From Candidatus Saccharimonadota bacterium (GTDB lineage: Bacteria; Patescibacteriota; Microgenomatia; UBA1406; GWC2-37-13): DNA of 32,000 nt. Shown here piece after piece: positions 26,501 through 32,000 of this stretch. A model generated the notes under the pieces. The model saw only the letters and a list, made by a program, of their open reading frames with translations. It made no database searches and was not told the DNA's origin. The translations under genes and the position numbers were made by a program. How positions within the stretch are numbered: position 1 is the stretch's first letter; each line of letters begins with the position of its first letter. Where the stretch lies: NCBI GenBank assembly GCA_001790095.1, contig MGBH01000001.1, positions 810,001 through 842,000 of the forward strand, given 5' to 3'.

Positions 26501-28272
26501 GTGGGTATACTCCAGGTAATGTCGTACTTGCAGCCATCACCGATATTGATGTGGCAGGAATTGTCTTGACCGAAACTGATGGTTCAACCTCTGTAATCGT
26601 TGGACAAACAACCGACACCTATACTATTGCTCTCAATAGCAAACCAAACGGAAATGTTGTCTTTTTACTCACGGCAACCGAAGATGCGACCACAGCTGCA
26701 CGCCTGTATACTTTTACACCGAGTAATTGGAACACTGCCCAGATCGCTACATTAAGCGCAAGCAATAACTCAATCTATGAAGGTACTCACAGTGCAACCA
26801 TTACCCACACTATTCTCTATACAGGAGCTCATGATGAAAATTATGCAACCGGCTCAGCCGCTATCCTCACTGCTACTATCTATGACACTGATTATCCCGG
26901 TATCACAATCACTCAACCAAACGGTGTTATCAATCTTACAGAATATGGTATTACTGACACCTATTTTATCAAGCTCAAAACCCAACCAACTTCAGATGTC
27001 ACCGTGACTATAGACGGTGGCACTCAAGCAACGCCTGAGGATTCTACTCTTGTTTTTACCGCCCTTAACTGGAACACTGATCAACAAGCTACGCTTTCTG
27101 CGGTAAATGATTATATTGTGGAGGGAGCACACACCGCAACGGTCACTCATACCACCAGCTCATCTGATACTGCATACAGTGGTCTCACAACTAATCTAAC
27201 GGTAAACATAACTGATGATGACAATACTGTTCCAGGAATTCAGATAGTGCAGACCGGAGACTCAACTGAGGTCACCGAAGCAGGACCTGAAGATACTTAT
27301 ACAATGGTATTGACCAGCAAACCAACAGCTTATGTACGTATAAGGGTGCTTGGCGACAACTGGGAAGCCACAACATCCGGAGGTCTCTTTACATTTTTAC
27401 CTGATAACTGGAACACTGCCCAGACAGTCCATGTTCTGGCAAAAGATGACCCACAGATCGATGGCCAGAAAATTACGACATTTCAACATATCGTTACATC
27501 TTCAGATCTTCACTATAGCAGCATTGGAGTTTCAAACGTTACTGTCTATGTAAACGATAATGATGGAGTAACGAACACAGAGGCAAAGACAGCACCATCA
27601 TGCACACAAACTCCTCCCTATGGTGCTCCTCATCTGTTTCAGATAGATACAGCAAGAAATTCTGCAACGCTGTATTTTACACCTATCAAGGAAAATATCA
27701 CCTATTACTGGATTGCTTATGGATATAAACCAGGAGACATGCGCTTTGGTATGAGTTTTGAGTTTGGTTCATATGATGGAGTGATTGACCGCGAGATAAA
27801 CATGCTTGATTCAGGAACCACATATTATTATAGAGTCAGAGGAGGAAACGGCTGTGCACCAGGGCCATGGTCTAACGATCTTGGTGCAACCACAACTGCT
27901 TCGGGAAGCGCTGCGACTCGATCATATTACGCTCCAGCCGTATCTTATGCTAGTGGAGGGACATCAGGCGGTGGAGGTGGAGGAAGTTCAGGCGGCGCAT
28001 CGCATCCAACATTTACTCGCAATCTCTATCCCGGATCACGTGGAGCAGATGTAAGATCATTACAGATGTATTTGAATGCCAGCGGATTTACAGTCGCTCA
28101 AGGAGGAGCTGGTTCACCTGGTAATGAAACTGATCTTTATGGACCGCTAACAGCCTCAGCAATACGGCGTTTCCAAGAAGCAAACTATGGAGCTATTCTC
28201 TCCCCGCTTGGCTATTCTTCAGGCACTGGTATCTTTGGCCCCTCAACAAGAAGCTACGTAAACTCACACTGA
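23500..28272 (+). CDS. Giant cell-surface protein: signal peptide, ~12 NHL repeats, six ~112-aa tandem Ig-like repeats, FN3-like domain, Gly/Ser linker, peptidoglycan-binding domain
   Basis: NHL blades such as LYVADTGNSRIQQF, IYVADTGNNRIVQY, VCVADTDNNRVQRF, IYIADSGHHRIQKF, VYVSEVANRRIQVF. Tandem repeats occupy nt 25510-27567. The PG_binding_1-like tail is LYPGSRGADVRSLQMYLN...GPLTASAIRRFQ. The end is firm. The true start is uncertain: TTG 23500 per track, and the signal peptide KSARRIQTVVTHIIVVFFLLSLCFPSFIAAQ begins near 23650. Confidence 0.85.
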   Translation: MAPCLTQLFCHSPPLLLDILSHFLLYWYIGHILFVVQFITTNIGNKSFLIKSARRIQTVVTHIIVVFFLLSLCFPSFIAAQTFEHDFLYKFVSNWSDVTTDGSYLYVTNSAYSQIDKYDITGISTPPNYGHQTSNWGHYGTGNGQLKQPQGISYAGTSLYVADTGNSRIQQFNPTTGAYVAKWGTYGTGDGQFNEPQGVAVDSGEDYIFVADTKNNRIQAIATVDGTVASVAGTLGTGENQFSSPKGIAVIGSSPDYTIYVADTGNNRIVQYTFNTSSTPVFNRVDSIGVYGTTSADGTVRFNQPNKISVDSSGYFYVTDTTNRVQKFNSGRNYVTTWNVQDSHGTTGLVAASPTVLYVIEPNHQIDVYNAQTGVFSTSFFHDSNQPVDISLDTTGNIYINNSTTNTVSKFSSSWVPMLEWGGSGMDFSGALGIGVNTGGEVCVADTDNNRVQRFDENGLNPSTLPTPDVTPEGFSGPKDVANEATGKMYIADSTNNRILKYKSDNTPDWAIGLPTPTFSVGAGTPTPIAPTGPYFLNPYGITVDTENRIYIADSGHHRIQKFDANGVIQNAWGEYGSADSSSIPQFDNPQGMAIDSDGNIYVADTGNNRIQRFDQIGTLETRVLWGTYGALDGQFNQPRNVAVDSSDRVYVSEVANRRIQVFGDGTLSAGLTVVETGATAVTEDGSVIDSYTVKLASQPSSNVTVAIASSDSTQLTVSSTSLTFTPYNWNTPQIVTVTPVHDYIDQTLTQTLSLNHTLSSTDANYDSSGATVISVQVTLTDVDTSGVTLSATEVNVAEAGAVDTYTIVLDSKPTSDVVITPTSADGQTTLSPTSLTFTTTNWNTPQTITVTAVHDNIANGARDSIISHAITTSDTSGYQSITPSEVTAHITDTTDVPGVTLSENTLSLTEGGASGTYTVVLNSKPTSDVVVTIAASSSSSLTLSPSALTFTESDYNTVQTVTVSAVNDHVVNTTSPYDVGISHTSASSDPNYEATTSFSGGYTPGNVVLAAITDIDVAGIVLTETDGSTSVIVGQTTDTYTIALNSKPNGNVVFLLTATEDATTAARLYTFTPSNWNTAQIATLSASNNSIYEGTHSATITHTILYTGAHDENYATGSAAILTATIYDTDYPGITITQPNGVINLTEYGITDTYFIKLKTQPTSDVTVTIDGGTQATPEDSTLVFTALNWNTDQQATLSAVNDYIVEGAHTATVTHTTSSSDTAYSGLTTNLTVNITDDDNTVPGIQIVQTGDSTEVTEAGPEDTYTMVLTSKPTAYVRIRVLGDNWEATTSGGLFTFLPDNWNTAQTVHVLAKDDPQIDGQKITTFQHIVTSSDLHYSSIGVSNVTVYVNDNDGVTNTEAKTAPSCTQTPPYGAPHLFQIDTARNSATLYFTPIKENITYYWIAYGYKPGDMRFGMSFEFGSYDGVIDREINMLDSGTTYYYRVRGGNGCAPGPWSNDLGATTTASGSAATRSYYAPAVSYASGGTSGGGGGGSSGGASHPTFTRNLYPGSRGADVRSLQMYLNASGFTVAQGGAGSPGNETDLYGPLTASAIRRFQEANYGAILSPLGYSSGTGIFGPSTRSYVNSH
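23548..23577 (+). promoter_or_regulatory. Strong sigma70-like promoter upstream of the giant surface-protein gene
   Basis: Consensus TTGACA (23548-23553), 18-nt spacer, TATATT (23572-23577). It lies inside the ORF-track 5' extension of the 1590-aa ORF. Confidence 0.45.
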
Positions 28273-28274
28273 GA

Positions 28275-28973
28275 TCATAAGGATTGAAAATCCAGCGTTA
28301 AATAAGTAGATACATCGTATGCTGTGGTAAGAGCAAGTCTTAAAAATTTCTCATTTGTTAATTCTTCTGTAATCTCATGCTTAAATCGCTCATATAATAA
28401 TGGAGCTTCATACTCTACAGTTGAACCTCGCTCTCCATGCGCCCTATTGATCGCAACATCTGCCTTATCAGCTATGGCTAAAACCATCTGCGCACGTTCT
28501 ATGAGTCTATATTCATCGTCACTATACTTTTGTTTTGCAGCCAATGTCCCTTCGTCTTGATTATAGTCTTCATAGATAACACCCTTTCCGTTTGTATTAC
28601 CGTTAGTTCCCCATCTGTGGTGACCGCGTATAATATCTGCTATAGTACTATCAAACTCTGATACCATTAAGGCTCCTTGGTACGGATGTTTTCCAATTAT
28701 CACACCCTCATCATGGGTAAGAATTTCTTTCTTTTGAAGTATTGCTTTTTCAATCTTGATCTTACCACTATCATGTACAAGTCCAGCAAGAAACAAATCT
28801 TCCGGTCTAAGATCGTTTGGTTCCAAAGTTTTCCATAATGAATATGCGATAAAACCAGTCCGTACGGAATGCTGATACGACTCAGGATGATGTTCTTGAA
28901 GACGTTGCATAATGTCAACGGTCCATTTAGGCAATAGTTGCTCGTAATGTGATCTTCTCTCTAAATAAGGCAT
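28275..28973 (-). CDS. HD-domain phosphohydrolase, HD-GYP-like but lacking the GYP signature
   Basis: H..HSVRT, LAGLVHDSGKIKI, GKHPYQG, IIRGHHRW followed by GTNGNTNGKG where HD-GYP proteins carry DGxGYP. Confidence 0.75.
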   Translation of the reverse strand: MPYLERRSHYEQLLPKWTVDIMQRLQEHHPESYQHSVRTGFIAYSLWKTLEPNDLRPEDLFLAGLVHDSGKIKIEKAILQKKEILTHDEGVIIGKHPYQGALMVSEFDSTIADIIRGHHRWGTNGNTNGKGVIYEDYNQDEGTLAAKQKYSDDEYRLIERAQMVLAIADKADVAINRAHGERGSTVEYEAPLLYERFKHEITEELTNEKFLRLALTTAYDVSTYLTLDFQSL

Positions 28974-29046
28974 TGAAGACTTATTATAACATCTCTTCTT
29001 TTCGTCTTAACTTAAAAATATGATAAAATTGAAGAGCCTGTCATAA

Positions 29047-29120
29047 GATCCCGTAGCTTAATTGGATAGAGCAAAAGCTTGCGGAGCTTTAGGTTGAGAG
29101 TTCAAGTCTCTCCGGGATCA
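29047..29120 (+). tRNA. tRNA-Arg (anticodon GCG), no encoded CCA
   Basis: Acceptor GATCCCG/CGGGATC + A. D-arm GCTT AATTGGATA GAGC. Anticodon stem AAAGC/GCTTT with loop TTGCGGA. T-arm GAGAG TTCAAGT CTCTC. Confidence 0.85.
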
Positions 29121-29171
29121 CTTCGCCCCGCTAGGCGGGACTCAGTGTAAACACGTGGTATAGAAAAACGC

Positions 29172-30044
29172 TTATTTCTTTCTTCGCTTCTCTTCTCTCA
29201 AGAACTCATTTTCTCCCAAACCCTCAACAAATTCTTTAGTCACCGGCGCTGCGATCTGCCAGAGTGTGAGGAAAATGGATTTGAATGAAGCTGAAACGAG
29301 TTTGCTTGTGATGACGCTTGCCCACACTTCATCATCTTTTGCACAGATCATCACCACTTTATCCGAAAAAACATACATATCATATGCCAGATTAAATACA
29401 GCGTTTTCTATATATCGATATTCATGATAATCAATATATGATTTATTACGTCCGTACTGATATGTAAGTACATGCCTTGTCCAATCATTTAAAGGCATTA
29501 TGGTCTTCACTCTTTTTTTGTGCTCTCTCCCTTTTAGTGACTGTGAGACCTCTTGGTTTATGTATGTTTTCCCTAATGTATCCATCGGCATCATGTGATC
29601 AAAATAATAGATCTGTACTTCAGGCGGCAATTGTTTTAATATACTGTAGGCTTGTTTGATCCCTTCAATTCCTGGAAGAAAACGCATATATGCATTGTTT
29701 TCGTGTGCAAGATATTCTCCTTTTAAATCAGACAAAATATCAACGATATCGACCTCAAGTCTTGTCAAATCATGTTTTCTTTCAAAGATCGTCTCTCTTA
29801 ATATTGAAGGGTTTTTTGCAATAATCCACGTCTGTTGTTTTTCAAGTCCTTGACTTGTTTTTATCGTGATAAGTTTTTTTAAAGCCAGACTCATCATGAC
29901 GTCATATACAGTTGTACGAGGTATTCCAGTCAACCGTGCAAGCTTGAAAGGAGAAATCTCTTTGTGTTTTATAGCCTCAAGATAAACCTTTGTTTCATTA
30001 TCCGAAAGACCAAAAGAGGAAAGAACCTTATAGATGTTGCTCAT
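29172..30044 (-). CDS. TrmB-family transcriptional regulator (second paralog)
   Basis: FGLSDNETKVYLEAIKHKEISPFKLARLTGIPRTTVYDVMMSLALKKLI forms the wHTH, and the length is similar to the first TrmB. Confidence 0.75.
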   Translation of the reverse strand: MSNIYKVLSSFGLSDNETKVYLEAIKHKEISPFKLARLTGIPRTTVYDVMMSLALKKLITIKTSQGLEKQQTWIIAKNPSILRETIFERKHDLTRLEVDIVDILSDLKGEYLAHENNAYMRFLPGIEGIKQAYSILKQLPPEVQIYYFDHMMPMDTLGKTYINQEVSQSLKGREHKKRVKTIMPLNDWTRHVLTYQYGRNKSYIDYHEYRYIENAVFNLAYDMYVFSDKVVMICAKDDEVWASVITSKLVSASFKSIFLTLWQIAAPVTKEFVEGLGENEFLREEKRRKK

Positions 30045-30050
30045 AATTTT

Positions 30051-30146
30051 TAATTATCAATTTACAATTTTCAAACAATTACTCAATTAATAAGTATCAA
30101 TAAATGAAAATTAAATTACTAAATATTGATTGAAAATTGATCATTA
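30051..30146. repeat. AT-rich palindromic element, copy B
   Basis: Arms TAATTATCAATTT (30051-30063) and AAATTGATCATTA (30134-30146) pair at 12/13 positions. Blocks collinear with copy A: AATTATCAAT, AAGTATCAAT, AATGAAAATT, ATTGATTGAAA, GAAAATTGAT. Confidence 0.45.
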
Positions 30147-30196
30147 AAACCTGGTAATTGCTTTTATTCTATCACTGTCGTCACTGTCCGTCAACT

Positions 30197-30225
30197 TTGA
30201 CATAGGCTATCCGCTTTGGTATGAT
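30197..30225 (+). promoter_or_regulatory. Near-consensus promoter with leaderless geometry for the C45 hydrolase gene
   Basis: TTGACA (30197-30202), 17-nt spacer ending in TGg, TATGAT (30220-30225). ATG 30232 lies 6 nt downstream and there is no SD. Confidence 0.5.
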
Positions 30226-30231
30226 AGCTCC

Positions 30232-30969
30232 ATGTGTACAACTGCAGCAAAGCGCCTCAACCAATCATGGTTTCTCATAAAAACTCGTGATCCCGTATCG
30301 TGGATGAGATGGGATGATGAAATAAAACTATTTAATGCTAGGACCGATAGGTTTAAGAAATTGATTGTGCAAAATCCTAACCCCCGGGAAGACGGTTATT
30401 ATGGAGGCATTAATGAAAAAGGAGTTGCATTTGTCTCAACATATGTGCATGTTGCAGAAAATCAGATTTCCTATATACGAAGACCTTACGTCCGTCTCAT
30501 ATTAGATGCTAGAACAGCAAAAGAGGCTATCAAAATAATCAAGTCTTTTCATCCCCGCATCGGAGGAAATATGTTTGTTGCTGACTCTCATGAATGTTAC
30601 GGCATCGAGGGAGTTCCTGAAAAATATTACGTGCAAAAAATCGCCAAGCCCGCGGTCAAAACAAATCATTTCTTGCATCTTCCCAATCGTAATCTTGGCT
30701 TTGATACAAATCCTTCATTTGAAAAATGGTCAAAAGACCATCAAACGCGGGCGCAAGAACTCATCAAAGAAGCAAACACGATCGAAGATCTTAAAAATAT
30801 CCTCAAAGACCGCAAGAATGCGAAAAAAAACACTGCCATATGCACCACTGGCAATGAGGAAAAATGCTTTACACACAGTGCGTTCATTTTTGACACAATG
30901 AAAAAAAGAGCCTATTACTGCCAAGGTAATCCTTTAGACCGTCCATTCAAACAATACAGCTTTCCTTAA
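30232..30969 (+). CDS. C45-family Ntn-hydrolase (acyltransferase/peptidase-like) with Cys2 nucleophile
   Basis: It begins MCTTAA..FLIKTRD. It also has GINEKGVAFVSTYV, NMFVADSHECYGIEGVP and VKTNHFLH, the pattern typical of C45/choloylglycine-type Ntn hydrolases. Confidence 0.7.
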   Translation: MCTTAAKRLNQSWFLIKTRDPVSWMRWDDEIKLFNARTDRFKKLIVQNPNPREDGYYGGINEKGVAFVSTYVHVAENQISYIRRPYVRLILDARTAKEAIKIIKSFHPRIGGNMFVADSHECYGIEGVPEKYYVQKIAKPAVKTNHFLHLPNRNLGFDTNPSFEKWSKDHQTRAQELIKEANTIEDLKNILKDRKNAKKNTAICTTGNEEKCFTHSAFIFDTMKKRAYYCQGNPLDRPFKQYSFP

Positions 30970-31015
30970 AGAGCTACGGTATAAAACTAAAATCTTTATA
31001 AAATACGCGCTCTTT
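30968..31015 (+). terminator. Compound AT-rich hairpin after the C45 gene (weak terminator candidate)
   Basis: Outer stem AAAGAGC (30968-30974) / GCTCTTT (31009-31015). Inner stem TATAAA (30980-30985) / TTTATA (30995-31000). The outer stem ends in TTT. Confidence 0.3.
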
Positions 31016-31108
31016 GATAATTCATGAAGAAATACATTTATATCCGACTTGTTAATATTTCTGTATAATTATATCGGCAATGGTAAATATGAGAATCGCA
31101 ACCATAAT

Positions 31109-31741
31109 ATGACAGCTTTAGAAACATCTATAAGTCTTTCACGAATACGTAGAACTGCAACAGTCCTTCCTCATGAGAATCCAGAATTATTTGAGACAAT
31201 AAAGAGACAGTCTCGTATAAATATTAGACATTTTGTTTCAAGTTGCATAAATAGAAGTCCTTCATGTCTACCTTATGTGGATGTAGCATGTGGCTACAGA
31301 ACAAATAAACCCGAAGTTATACATAGCTCTCACTTTGTAGATCCGCTCTATGTAGCATTTGATCATGTACTTGTTTTTGATAAAGAAGTTGAACCTATTT
31401 CATCACCAAATATGGCGGCAGATGCTGAACTCATACCATTAAAAGACCGTTGTGCAGGAACAGTATTATGCACAGAAGTCCTCGAACATGTTAGGAATCC
31501 TCATCTTGTATTGAATGAGGTATATAGAATCCTAAAACCTTCAGGAAAATTGCTTTTAACAGTCCCTGGAATACATGTTCCGAAACACGAAAAATTACCA
31601 CATCAAAGAGACTATAGAAGATTCAGCAAAGTGTATTTGCGACAATTACTTAAAGAACACAATTTCACTATTTTAGAAATGCAAGATAAATTTTTTGAAG
31701 GAAAACATATTAATATTCTCGTTTGGGCATTACGTACCTAA
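31109..31741 (+). CDS. Class I SAM-dependent methyltransferase
   Basis: VDVACGYRTNK (motif I-like) and GTVLCTEVLEHVRNPHLVLNEVYRILKPSGKLLLTVP (Methyltransf_11-like). ATG 31109 is preferred over TTG 31049. Confidence 0.8.
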   Translation: MTALETSISLSRIRRTATVLPHENPELFETIKRQSRINIRHFVSSCINRSPSCLPYVDVACGYRTNKPEVIHSSHFVDPLYVAFDHVLVFDKEVEPISSPNMAADAELIPLKDRCAGTVLCTEVLEHVRNPHLVLNEVYRILKPSGKLLLTVPGIHVPKHEKLPHQRDYRRFSKVYLRQLLKEHNFTILEMQDKFFEGKHINILVWALRT

Positions 31742-32000
31742 TAGTTTACAAACTCAAGGGTTACATAACTTATCACTTATGCCTCAAAGCATAAAAGCAG
31801 ACTTATGTTATGAGCTCATTCAAAAGGATAAAAACGATTTGATTACGTCCTTTTTAAAGCGGGCAATGTTGGCGTATGAATTGCTTATACGGATCTTCTT
31901 TAAAGGAAAAATATTATAGTATTTTTTCCAAAGCGGGTATAGTTCCTCCATAAGTGTTTTATATTTTGTCAGTGCCATACTTCTTTCTTTTGTGTTTTTT

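Noticed and set aside
25510-27567. Six ~340-nt tandem repeats as a CRISPR array, satellite or DGR template/variable repeat pair.
   Set aside because: They are in-frame protein-domain repeats with substantial divergence. There are no spacers, no reverse transcriptase gene in the window, and no adenine-specific mismatch pattern.
264-28560. Numerous 60-144-aa ORFs in the track lying antisense or out of frame inside larger genes, for example 264-452, 1613-1924, 6067-6351, 8385-8675, 9248-9733, 12097-12372, 24693-25127, 25124-25366, 27806-28054 and 28324-28560.
   Set aside because: Each is fully embedded in a longer ORF that has clear family motifs, so these are shadow ORFs. The 8385-8675 and 24693-25127 cases are typical antisense artefacts of Pro/Thr/Gly-rich coding sequence.
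31695-31978. A 74-aa plus-strand ORF (31695-31919) and an overlapping 52-aa minus-strand ORF (31978-31820, MALTKYKTLMEELYPLWKKYYNIF...).
   Set aside because: The two are mutually exclusive, both lack motifs, and both lie at the window edge. I could not decide which, if either, is real.
1-32000. Alternative genetic code (TGA read as Gly, as in some CPR lineages).
   Set aside because: Well-supported genes such as the GT4 genes, the MFS transporter and the giant protein terminate at TGA at the expected protein ends. ATGA overlaps use TGA as the stop, and long ORFs contain no in-frame TGA.

Overview
This is 32 kb of AT-rich, tightly packed bacterial chromosome. It reads cleanly with the standard code: TGA acts as a stop and there are several ATGA start/stop overlaps. 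I support about 36 CDS and four tRNAs (Trp-CCA, Leu-CAG, Ser-GCT, Arg-GCG). I found no rRNA, CRISPR array, transposase, integrase or recognisable defence or toxin-antitoxin module. Layout: (1) 238-10216 is a carbohydrate block: HAD phosphatase + OtsA trehalose-6-P synthase, a P-loop kinase-like protein, three tandem GT4 glycosyltransferases, a GH18-like hydrolase, a glutaredoxin-like protein and a compact GH57 enzyme. (2) 10234-14622 is an envelope/shape block: tRNA-Trp, PEGA-domain protein, MreB, WecB/TagA/CpsF glycosyltransferase and an NTase-fold protein. (3) 14625-17114 holds two coupled unknown ORFs, tRNA-Leu/tRNA-Ser and an MFS transporter. (4) 17126-21390 is a five-gene stretch (DUF998-like, TrmB, EamA, delta-60 repeat propeller, DUF202) bracketed by a direct repeat. 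(5) 21430-28272 holds two HExxH proteins, unknowns and a 1590-aa NHL/tandem-repeat/peptidoglycan-binding surface protein. (6) 28275-31741 holds an HD-GYP-like protein, tRNA-Arg, a second TrmB, a C45 Ntn-hydrolase and a SAM methyltransferase. Gene content, compactness and scarce Shine-Dalgarno sites suggest a Patescibacteria/CPR-type organism; that is inference only. I do not see a clearly novel multi-gene system. The items most worth follow-up are the giant surface protein and its missing canonical start, the 35-nt direct repeat exactly 4300 nt apart, a two-copy AT-rich palindromic intergenic element, competing GC-rich hairpins between tRNA-Ser and the MFS gene, promoter geometry implying leaderless mRNAs, and the GH57 gene that looks compositionally foreign. 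All family calls come from motif recognition by eye, not from searches.
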